Assembly: GCA_951406725.2 (NCBI GenBank)
Contig: OX597816.1
Coordinates: forward strand, 86,614,001 to 86,678,000
DNA: 64,000 bases
From: Octopus vulgaris
Taxonomy: Eukaryota
Direction: 5' to 3'
Part shown: positions 29,010 to 39,292 of the stretch, piece by piece
Layout: every line of letters begins with the position of its first letter
Position numbering within the stretch: position 1 is the first letter of the stretch
The notes under the pieces: model-generated
Database searches by the model: none
What the model was told of the DNA's origin: nothing
What the model saw: only the letters and a program-made list of their open reading frames with translations
Program-made: the position numbers and the translations under genes

Positions 29010-30222
29010 TCAGGTCCCCGAAGCAAATTGTCTTGCCGCCTGCAGACAACTCTGCGATGACAAGTCGGGGCCTGCAAAGAGAAAAGTAAAATGTTTTCTC
29101 TCAAAGGTCTCTGCGACCCTTGACAAAATATCTTCCGTTACTTTTTCCGCAGCTACCCGCGGAGGCCATAACGGACTCCTTGAGCCGACCGTGCCCTTTC
29201 GTTCTCGGTCACCCAAGCCATTCAAAAACCTTTCCACCTCCTCTCCCTTGTGGTAAAGGAGGAGAAGCATCTCCTCTTCACAGGAAGGGACCTCACACTG
29301 CTCCGTCAGTGGCACACTTCCCGCTGACGGAGCCCTGTCCGCGGGTGGCACACATCCCACCCGCGGCTCCGTCGGCGACACAGAAACGTCAGTCGTCCGA
29401 CCTCTCCTTTTTCTCCTCCTTCTTTTGGGGGAGACTGCTGACCCAGGGGACTCCGTCACCAGACACGGGGGATCGCTATCTCCCTCCGCCACCTGAGCGT
29501 TCTTTGGCGAGCAACCATTGTTGTTCGCCTGTCTCTTCTTTTCGTGGAGGCAACCTCCTCCACGACTTCCACCGTCTCCCCCTCCAATGAGGGGGCGGCG
29601 GGCGTCTTTTCCCCTTCATGCTCCGGGGCACCACCACGGCCCCCGGGACAATTCCTCTTGATATGTCAGGGCTTCAGGCACAGGTGACACTTGGTGGGGC
29701 GACCATTCTCAGGAAGTCCGGGAATTTCATTTCTCCCACGGCCACCAGTGTCCACAGGGTCAAGTTGCCTTTGACCCCTCCCAGGCGACCGCGGGAGCCA
29801 TTTTCACACTTAGTAGCCTGGGTCCGCCGTCCCCCAGGCCTCGCCGGATGGTCTTCTCGATCCATTCCGCCTCCGTGCCCGGGTCAGCCCACAAACCCAG
29901 GCTCTTTTTACTTTTCTGCCACAATACGAGGGGAGGAACAAAATTTCCTCTCCCTCCAGTGGCTCGCTAGCAAATCTGCTAGCTTCCTCGGGGGTATTAA
30001 ACAGCAACCACACCGTTGCAAATTTATTCCCCGAGAAATAAACTTTATCGTTGGTAGGTGGTCCCCCAACTCTTTCTCTATGGTGCTCCTGTCGAAGAGG
30101 GCGATAGCTCCACATGACCTAGAATAGGTTCGTAGGACCACCGTCCTCTTCTCAAGACTTTCAATCCACTGCTTGGGTGGGACAACCTCCCATTCCAAAG
30201 CAGTGGCTTCTTTTGTTGCCAT
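29010..30222 (-). pseudogene. Disrupted ORF1/Gag-like protein of copy 1
   Basis: MATKEATALEWEVVPPK..RTVVLRTYS..FATVWLLFNTPEEA; knuckle CHLCLKP*HIKRNC with TGA at 29666-29668; ~30-bp deletion near 29700; several frameshifts; C-terminus ...AARQFASGT*. Confidence 0.8.
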
Positions 30223-30235
30223 GATTTTGAAAAAA

Positions 30236-30454
30236 AGTTCAACTAAGAGTTCAAAGTCCAATAAGAAAAAAAATCACAATGACAGAACAGAAAGACAGAA
30301 CAGAGAAAGGGACGAAGGAAGACAGTTCAAATAATGGCAACACAGTTCAACTAAAAGTTCAAAGTCCAATAAGAAAAAAACACAATGACAGAACAGAAAG
30401 ACAGAACAGAGAAAAGGACGAAGGAAGACAGTTTAAATAATGGCAACACAGTTC
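30236..30454. repeat. ~108-bp tandem duplication in the 5' UTR of copy 1
   Basis: AGTTCAACTAA(G/A)AGTTCAAAGTCCAATAAG...GGCAACAC present twice; single in copy 2. Confidence 0.9.
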
Positions 30455-30855
30455 TGCAACTGGTAATCCTCACGAAACAGGGTATTCCTTGTTGCAGCAC
30501 ACTTGGTTCTCCGTGGTAAATCCAAGCACAATTGGTTCTCCGTGGTAAATCCAAGCGAACAAATTAATTTTTGAGGAGGGGCTATGCCTCTCAAAATACA
30601 CAATTCTCACTAAAAGGTGAGGCAATAAATATGCCAACAGGCAGAACAGATACATCCGAAGCACAGTGAAGCTTATTACGCGCAGAAAATGTGTTAACAC
30701 TAATTAACATTAATGCCAAAAAAGTATTAACGACATGCAACAAACCTCACTATGCTTCTAAAAATATCCAAAATGTCATACCTGTTGCCATAAAATGTTC
30801 AATATTTCACGTTAACACGTGACATTTGCCGGAGCAAAAAACAGCACGTCTGTCT

Positions 30856-30870
30856 GGTAAGAAGCTACTT
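30856..30870. repeat. Target-site motif copy 2, GGTAAGAAGCTACTT
   Basis: Exactly at the junction of element copies 1 and 2. Confidence 0.92.
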
Positions 30871-32859
30871 TATTTCAACAATTTTGCCACTAGGGCAGCA
30901 CACAGAGTAGCTACGGGCTGGACAAAGACATTAATGGATGATGGTGGTGGTGGATGAAGATGGTGATGGGAGAAGTCAAAAAGCGCCCGCCGACTCTTGC
31001 TTCTCTAAAACAATGTTCTTTTTTTTCCAATAATTTTACAAAATTTCCAAAATTTTACAAAAATTCAAAAATTTCAAAAAAAATTCCAAATTTTACAATT
31101 TACGATTTCAAAAGTTTTTCCAGAGGCAATAAACCTCTATCGCAATATAACCCAAATACAGGTTCACGTTACCTGACCGATGAACGCTCTTGCTTTAATG
31201 ACGCAATCGTTCTTCGTTAGGCCCCCGCATATAGGTATAACTTGCAAGAGATCCTCCGGGAAAGAATTCTCGATCCTGCACATATCATTTTCGAGTAGGA
31301 CCTCCGCAGCCAGCTGCGAAGGCCACTCGGGATACTCCATGCAGGACCGAAGTCCCTCCCATTGGTTTCTCTTCCTCATCTTACCTATTTCATTCTCTAG
31401 TGTACCTCCTTTGTGGAAGAGGACCACATAATATTTCTCCGGCTCCACAACCACCGGAGGACACATGGGAGACGCCGTCTGCGTGTTACAATCCGCTGGC
31501 GGCGTTACGTTTCTTTTCTTTCTTTTTTTCTTTTTACCCTGGGCCACGGGAGGCTGAGGCTCCGGCGTTGCACACGCCGGGTCCACTCTCTCTCCCGTAG
31601 CCTCCGGGTCCTTCAGCGGGTCACCATTGTCTCCCACTTTTCGCTTTCTCGTCTAGGAAGTCACCTGCTTCCTCGCTCTGCTTCTCTCCCTCCACTGGTG
31701 GGGCAGGGAGAGGCTCTGATATCAACTGCTCCAGGATCCTACTCTTGTCCCTGGGGCAGTTCTTCTTAATGTGGCCGGTCTCCAAACACAGGTGACACTT
31801 GGGGGGGGCGTCCCTCAAGCATCACCGGATACTTGGACCCGGCCATCCTCAAAAAGTCCGGCAAAACCAGACTCTTGGCTGACTGGGTCCATAGAGTCAA
31901 AGTAGCCTTTGACCCCTCCCAATCAGCTGCAGGCTGCATTCTTACGTTCAGGTTCTTGGCGCTACCACCACTCAGAACCCGGCGGATAGAATCTTCCACC
32001 CACTCGGGCTCAAAGCCGGGTGGCAGGCTGCAGACCCATAATCTTATTAATTTTTCTCCCTTGTAGCTTGGGAGAAACAAAATCTCTTCGCCCTCAATGG
32101 GCTTGCTTGCGAAATTGCAAGCTGCTTTAGGGGAGTCAAACAGCAACCAAATCGTTGCGTATTTGGCTCCCCGTTGAATGTATGTAACGGCTGGCATATA
32201 GTCTGCCAGCTCGTTCATAATAGTGGCTTTCGGAAAAACCATTATGGTGTTGAGTGACTTTGAATAAGTCCTCAACACCACGGTTTTGTCCTCCAGCTCC
32301 TTCAGGTAACCCTTCGGAGGTTTTAACTCCCATATGGTTAACTCCTTTTTTGCCATAACAAAAGTCCAATAATAAAAAAATAAAAAACACAATGACGGAA
32401 CAGAAAGACAGAGCAGAGAAAAGGACGAAGGAAGACAGTTTAAATAATGGCAACACAGTTCTGCAACTGGTAATCCTCACGAAACAGGGTACTCCAGTTG
32501 CAGCACACTTGGTTCTCCGTGGTAAATCCAAGCACAATTGGTTCTCCGTGGTAAATCCAAGCGAACAAATTAATTTTTGAGGAGGGGCTATGCCTCTCAA
32601 AACACACAATTCTCACTAAAAGGTGAGACAATAAATATGCCAACAGGCAGAACAAATACCTCCGAAGCAAAGTGAAGCTTGTTACGCGCAGAAAAGTGTT
32701 AACACTAATTAACATTAATGCCAAAAAAGTATTAACGACATGCAACAAACCTCACTATGCTTCTAAAAATATCCAAAATGTCATACCTGTTGCCGAAAAT
32801 GTTCAATAATTCACGTTAACACGTGACATTTGCCGGAGCAAAAAACAGCACGTCTGTCT
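30871..32859 (-). mobile_element. ORF1-only non-LTR retroelement, copy 2
   Basis: 5' UTR nearly identical to copy 1; same 3' tail; single Gag-like ORF. Confidence 0.85.
31164..32356 (-). CDS. ORF1/Gag-like nucleic-acid-binding protein of copy 2 (RRM-like, CCHC knuckle, basic tract, C-terminal domain); two frameshifts
   Basis: Joins ORF-track pieces 31766-32392, 31621-31818 and 31164-31637: MAKKELTIWELKPPK..YATIWLLFDSP..CHLCLETGHIKKNC..KKKKRKKR..ARAFIGQVT*; shifts at the G-run near 31801 and near 31640. Confidence 0.75.
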
Positions 32860-32874
32860 GGTAAGAAGCTACTT
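32860..32874. repeat. Target-site motif copy 3, GGTAAGAAGCTACTT
   Basis: Exactly at the junction of element copies 2 and 3. Confidence 0.92.
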
Positions 32875-34997
32875 TATTTTATTTTATTTGCCACTTAGGG
32901 CATCACACAGAGGTAGCGGTAGCTCCGGGCTGGACAGGGACATTAATGGATTATGGTAATGATGGATGAAAATGGTGATGGGAGAAGTCAGAAGCGCCCG
33001 TCGACCTCTGCTTCTCTAATACAATGTTCTTTTTACAATGTTTTTAAATTTTACAAAATTCAAAATTCAAAAATTTCAGAAAATAACAGTGTTCAATGAA
33101 TACATTTAGTAAAATGTTCAAAAATGTTCAAAATGTTCAAATTACATTTTTTCAGACGAGGTGATAAACCTCCTCTTCAACATGTTTAAAAATGTTCAAA
33201 ATGTTCAAAAAGTGTTTAACAATTCTCCCCGTCAGGTCCCCCAAGCAAATTGTCTTGCCGCCTGCAGACAACTCTGCGACGACAAGTCGGGGCCTGCGAA
33301 GAGAAAGGTAAAGTGCCTTCTTTCAAAGGTCTCTGCGACCCTTGATAAGATAGCCTCCGTTACCCTTTCCGCAGCTACCCGCGGAGGCCATAACGGATTT
33401 CTTGAGCCGACCGCGCCCTTGCGCTCTCGGTCGCTCAAGCCATTCAAGAAATCTTCCACCTCCTCTCCCTTGTGGTAGAGGAGGAGAAGCATCTCCTCTT
33501 CACAGGAAGGGACCTCCAGTGGCTCACTTCCTACTGGCGGAGCCTTGTCCGCGGGTGGCACACATCCCACCCGCGGCTCCGTCGGCGACACAGAAACGTC
33601 AGACGTCCGACCTCTCCTTTTTCTCCTCCTTCTTTTGGGGGAGACTGCTAACCCAGGGGACTCCGTCACCAGACACGGGGGATTGCTATCCCCCTCCGCC
33701 CCCTGAGCGTTCTTTGGTGGGCAACCACTGTTGCTCGCCAGCCTCTTTCTTTTCGTGGAGGCAACCTCCTCCACGACTTCCACCGTCTCCCCCTCCAATG
33801 AGGGGACGGCGGGCACCTTTTCCTTTTCATGTTCCGGGGCGGCACCACGGCCCCCGGGACACTTCTTCTTAATATGTCCAGGCTTCGAGCACCGGTGACA
33901 CTTGGTGGGGCGTCCCTCAAGCATCACCGGGTACCTGGACCCGGCCATCTTCAGGAAGTCCGGAAAAACCAGACTCTTGGCCGACTGGGTCCACAGAGTC
34001 AAAGTGGCCTTTGACCCTTCCCAGTTAGCCGCAGGCTGCATTTTAACGTTGAGGATCTTGGCGTCCCTGTCACCCAGCCCCCGGCGGATAGAGTCTTCTA
34101 TCCACTCGGGTTCAAAGCCGGGCGGCAGGCCACAGACCCACAAACGTAACAGTTTTCCCCCTGTAACTGGGGAGAAACAGAATTTCATTGCCCTCAATGG
34201 GCTGGCTTGCACATTTGCAAGCTTCTTCGGCGGAGTCAAATAGCAACCAGACCGTTGCGTACTTGACCCCCCGTTGTATATGTTTAACGGCTGGCATATA
34301 ATCTGCCAGCTCGTTCTCAATGGTATCTCTCGGAAAGACCATTATGGTGTCGAGTACCTTTGAAAATGTTCTCAGCACCACGGTTCTTTCCTCAAGATCA
34401 TGTAAATATTTTTTGGGAGGTGCCAACTCCCACACAGTAAAATTCCTTGCCTTCGCCATAACGTAAAATACAATAGTTCAATAATAACTAAATTTAGCCA
34501 CAGAAAGGAGAATAAAAATGTAACAGAAGGGAAGAAAAAATAAAAATGGCAGTTCAAAAAGTTTTTTAACAAATAAATGATAGAAGAGAAAGAGAGTTCA
34601 AATTAGGCAAAGGAATTCAGTTTTCTTTTTTTCTCACTTCTTCGGCCAGAATGTAATCCGTGCCAAATGCATTGGTAAGACCCTTGGTAAACAATCCTTG
34701 GTAATCCCGTGGACACACAATGACGATTTCACAATAATCTCTTCAGTCGGACCAAGCCGCTTCAAAAATACAATTTCTTTCGCTCGACACAGGCAGAAAA
34801 ATTACATTCGGAGAAAAGTGGAGCCTTATTACTTGCTAAAAAATATTAAATGTTAAAAAACATTCATGCAAGCAATAAAGCTTCACTAAACCCACAAAAA
34901 CACAAAATTCCTACCTTTAGTCGAGACGACAGTTCAATATTTCACGTTGAAACAACGAGACATCGGAGCAGCAAAAAACACGTCTAACTCAGACGAA
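32875..34997 (-). mobile_element. ORF1-only non-LTR retroelement, copy 3 (divergent 5' UTR)
   Basis: Same architecture; 5' UTR shares only short blocks with copies 1 and 2 (CAGGCAGAA, GTTCAATATTTCACGTT, CGGAGCA..AAAAAC..CACGTCT on the plus strand). Confidence 0.85.
33232..34459 (-). CDS. ORF1/Gag-like protein of copy 3 (~408-409 aa if one frameshift is repaired)
   Basis: MAKARNFTVWELAPPKK..YATVWLLFDSAEEA..FLPSYRG|KLLRLWVCGLPPGFEPEW..CHRCSKPGHIKKKC..KRRRRKRRGR..AARQFAWGT*; single shift in the T4C5 run at 34153-34161. Confidence 0.8.
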
Positions 34998-35036
34998 GGT
35001 AAGAAGCTACTTACTACACAGCCACCCCTGCGCTTA
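34998..35036 (-). mobile_element. Host SINE family A, 5' end (A box) including target-site motif copy 4 (34998-35012)
   Basis: GGTAAGAAGCTACTTACTACACAGCCACCCCTGCGCTTA matches the end of the intact copy 42547-42588 (GGTAAGCAGATAACTTACCACACAGCCACTACTACGCCTATA). Confidence 0.9.
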
Positions 35037-35264
35037 TGTATATGTATAAAAAACATTGTCAGTCTGAAACTATGTCATGTCGATAAGTTTTTTTTGAGTG
35101 CAAATCGTACTCTGCTGTGAAAATAAAGGAAATATTTATTGAAACAAAAGAACATAATATATATTATGTCCCATTAATATAGGATGTGCAAAAGTGGACA
35201 CAAGTAAAATAGAATGCAAATGATTATAAGTTACCGAAAATCAGTTTAATATACAGCAGAATTA

Positions 35265-35485
35265 AGGTGGCGAGCTGGCAGAAACGTTAGCACGCCGGGC
35301 GAAATGCTTAGCGATATTTCGTCTGTTATTACGTTCTGAGTTCAAATTCCGCCGAGGTCGAACTTGCCTTGCCTTTCTTCCTTTCGGCGTCGATAAATAA
35401 GTACCAGTTGCATACTGGAGTCGATCTAATCGACTGTTCCCCCTCCCGAAAAATTTATGGCCTTGTGCCTAGTGTAGAAACGAAT
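35265..35485 (+). mobile_element. SINE family B copy, near full length
   Basis: GGTGGCGAGCTGGCAGAAACGTTAGCACGCCGGGCG...GAGTTCAAATTCC...CTTTCGGCGTCGATAAATAAGTACCAG (Deu/Nin-like core). Confidence 0.85.
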
Positions 35486-36444
35486 ATATAGTAGAAAGAG
35501 TTTAGAAATAAATGACAGTGTGAAAGTGGTTTAGACAAATAGGAAAAAAAAAACTGTGTGAAGTGAATACGCTAGAATGAATCTGCGAATACACACTATT
35601 ATAAGTTAATACTAAAGGAGATTAACTTTTTTAACAGATTACGTCAAAGTGTATTAAATAAAGTATTTTTTTAATGGTGTTTATATTAAAATCGCGCTAA
35701 CTACGCTTTTGAACGTGGAGCTCTACGAGTATATAGAATCTGAAATAATTATTGTAGTAAGTGGTGGATGAAAAACATTAAAGTGTTAAACAAATGTTAT
35801 AAAGCTTAATAAACTGAGCAATTTCCAGGAATATTTAGGTGGTTGATTTCATACCTTGAAGAATTAAATTTTAATCAAAAGTTAAATAAAATTAACAGTT
35901 TAGTAGATTGATTTAATGTTTCAAAGATCCATACCTCCACTATGTTACTAATTCCGAATGAATAATATAATTGAAGGCTAAACATAAAGCTTGATATTCT
36001 TCTGAAGTGCACAGCTGACAAGAATTTTTATTGTTGTAAAGTTTTACAAAAAAATAACGATTTTCTATTGTGTCGGAATAGGTGTGCCAGCTCAACATCA
36101 AATTCATGATAGTGTGGATGCTGCTATTCTTTGATTTCGAAAAGATTGTGCGTGTAAAAAAGAACATCATTTTTAAAAGAATTAGGTTTATAGGAACTTA
36201 TAGACGAGCTTGCTTTGACAGTGTTACAGTACCTCAAAGAGAACATACTTTCTTTTATCTGATATGCAATATCGTGTATTTCGTAAGATACTTCTGTAAC
36301 ACACTGTTCTAAAATTAGTTATCAAATAGATATAAAGTTCAAGCTAAGTTCATCCACAGCTACCGTAATGCCATTCCTTTTATTTTATCTGAAGTATGTT
36401 GATTATGCACACTAATGCGGGCAAATTTATTTTATGTTTACCTA

Positions 36445-36820
36445 TAGCGCATGAACAGCTGTGTGATGAGAAGCTTGCTTGACAATTACACAGTTCCGGG
36501 TTCAGCCACATAGTGCGGATCGTTGGACAAGTGTCTTCGACTATAGCTTCATAAGGATAAAAAGCCTTGTGAGTAGATTTGATAAAGAGAACCCAAAAGA
36601 AGCCCGTCGTGTATATGTGTGTGTGTCTTTGTGTCCATGTTTGTACCCCACAACCGCTTAACAACTACTGTTGGTGTTCTGACGCTCACTTAACTTAGTG
36701 GTTAGACTAAAGATAGAATAAGTACCAAGCTTTATAAACTTCATTCGAATGAAAAAAAAATATTTAAGGTGGTGCTCTAGCATGACCACAGTCTAGTGAC
36801 AGAAGGAAGTAAAAGCTAGA
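36445..36820 (+). mobile_element. SINE family A copy, degenerate
   Basis: Collinear with 11640-12120. Confidence 0.75.
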
Positions 36821-37069
36821 AAATATTCCACTTTTGAAAAAATTAACTTCAAAAATTTATTAAAATACCAATTTTGTAATTATCATTCGTGAACATTTAA
36901 TTTATAAACAATATATCTCTCAAAGTAAAATGACAATCAGGAGAAGACCTGGGTAGACAGAGTATGTTGATGAGATCGTAAATGGCGACGAAAGAACTTT
37001 AAGAAACCTAGCTGATTGAATTATTAACTATTAATCAGACATTTGTTTAGGTAACAATTCCCTAATAAT

Positions 37070-37447
37070 ATTCCTTTCTACTACAGGCACGACTGGAACT
37101 TATTTTATCGACCCCGAAAGGATGAAAGGAGGAATTTAGACTCAGCATTATAAAGCCGGAAGAAATACCGCGAACTATTTTGTCCGGCGTGCTAGCGATT
37201 CGGCCAGCCTGCCGCCTTAAATTAACTAATAATAACACTTTCTGCTAAAGGTACGAGGCCTGAAATTCTGGGGTGGGTGCTAGTCAATTACATTGACCTC
37301 AGTGCCTAACTGGTATTTATTTCATCGACCCCGAAAGGATGAGAGGCAAAGTCGACCTCGTTGGAATTTGAACTCAGCACGTAAGGACCGAAGTGCCGCT
37401 AAGCATTATATCCGGCGCGTTAACGATTCTGTTAACCCACCGCCTTA
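37070..37447 (-). mobile_element. Two adjacent SINE family B copies
   Basis: ATCGACCCCGAAAGGATG at ~37088 and ~37324, each copy ending (plus strand) in CCGCCTTA. Confidence 0.8.
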
Positions 37448-39052
37448 GATTAACTAGTAATAATAAAAGTAAAATAGAATCAGTTGACTATTATTATAAT
37501 GGTATTATAATCAGATATTATGCTAAAGTAGATCAACTTTGAATGTCTATAAGTCATGTATCTCAATTTTCTTGTATGAAAACGATTAATAAAATATACC
37601 TACATCTGTAACATTAGGAATTCGGTACAATAAAACTTGCTAGTCACTCTATTCAAATTGACACATATGCCTTAACCTGAACTAAGTTTCTCAAACAAAA
37701 CTTTTACCATATATATAATCACAGCCCGCCGTCTATTCTCTGCCTATTAACTATGCATTCAACGCCACGGAATATCGGCTATTACTCGTCATTCTACAAT
37801 ATTATTTATATCGGTAATTCGATTTCACTATTAAGACAAATTTGCTTGATCTTCAGTAACTTTAGCATCTTTATATAAAACAGATGACTATTTTAGATAA
37901 CAATTTATCTTTTTGGTAAAACATCGAAGTCGTAATCACATCTTACATAGACGCATATGCGTATATTCCTAACGGCAATGCGTATAAAACCTATATATAT
38001 ATATATACGTGTGTGGGGGTGTCTGTGTGATATTTATTAGATTATTGTCATTACCCAATTTGATATGTCTGCAGAAAACTGGAGCAAAATCGCACAGCAT
38101 CCGCTTGCCAAAATCTCAGCGTAGACGCAATGGAGAGTTACTAACGCATTACGTTTTAGTCAGTCAGCCATTACTGTTAATTCACCAAAAATAATGTTGT
38201 CTTTGAATGTGTGAAGTGAGCTAGTAGGTTCGTGGAAAAACAAGGCGAACATATTTACCGAACTAAATATCAGCTCTTAGCGTACAGCATTTTAGCGTAC
38301 ATTCACACATATGTATCAACGTATACTCACACACAAACTCATACACACACACACAGACACACACACACACATACGTACATGCACATATGCATACACACAT
38401 ATCTATATACAAACGTGTAATTTGGCAAGAAAATAATGTAACACGAAAGCGAAAACCACTTATATAATGCATTGCAATTCATTAAAAATACGTCTTCCGG
38501 CCACTATAAAATACTATACTTTAAATACAAGAGGCACACATTTATACACGGTAAATACAAATACACGTTTGAATTTCTTGGTACCGACAATAGTGCGACC
38601 TCCCAGTAGCGTAAACCATCTATGTAAGTGTAAGTACTGCGCATACGCATTTTTTACACAATTTATTAGCTTCTATGTCTTTTTAATGACTGATTCGTGT
38701 ATATTTTTACATTTACTTTATTTCATTTTCCATTTTAAGGTTTGGCTTTTATGTGTTCTTATTTTAAATATAAATTATGCTTTAAATATATGCTCCCCGA
38801 CACTGACATCGTCAGATATATTGATTATGTGACAACTCATTGATATAAAAAAAAGTGTTATCTTATGCATCATGCGTCGAAATAAAAGGTGAAAATGACG
38901 TAGTATTCGGTTATCTAATCTACTTTAATCTTGATATAAAGCTAACCTAACCAACAATCTAATCAATCGTTTGTTTAATTCGTTGACCAAAAAAGTCAGT
39001 TGTTTGTCAGAATCCTTTCATCACCGTCGCGACCTTATCAATGCCATACTCC

Positions 39053-39292
39053 CTTGGCGGAATTTAAGCTCAGAACGTAGCGGCAGACGAAATACGGCGA
39101 AATGCGTTGCGGTATTTCGTCTGCCGCTACGTTTTGAGTTCAAATTCCGCCGAGGTCGACTCTGCCTTTCATGCTTTCGGGGTCGATTAAATAAGTACCA
39201 GTTACGCACTGGGGTCGATATAATCGACTTAATCCGTTTGTTTGTCCTTTTTTGTCCCCTCTGTGTTTAGCCCCTTGTGGGTAGTAAAGAGA
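39053..39292 (+). mobile_element. SINE family B copy with 5' fold-back inversion
   Basis: 39053-39095 is the reverse complement of ~39110-39153. Confidence 0.85.

Larger units (their letters stand above)
28753..30855 (-). mobile_element. ORF1-only non-LTR retroelement, copy 1
   Basis: ~630-bp 5' UTR starting AGACAGACGTG, one Gag-like ORF, short 3' UTR with conserved tail ending AAAATAAA, flanked by the target motif; no room for an RT. Confidence 0.85.

Noticed and set aside
28753-34997. Array as a simple segmental triplication or a host zinc-knuckle gene cluster
   Set aside because: Copies differ strongly module by module, lack introns and sit precisely within a split SINE
28737-35012. Array as an LTR retrotransposon or retroviral gag with LTRs
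   Set aside because: No TG..CA LTRs, PBS, PPT or pol; the 5' and 3' ends of each unit are unrelated and units are separated by host SINE sequence
28737-35012. CRISPR-like repeat-spacer array
   Set aside because: Eukaryotic context, 15-bp repeats with 2-kb homologous 'spacers', no cas genes
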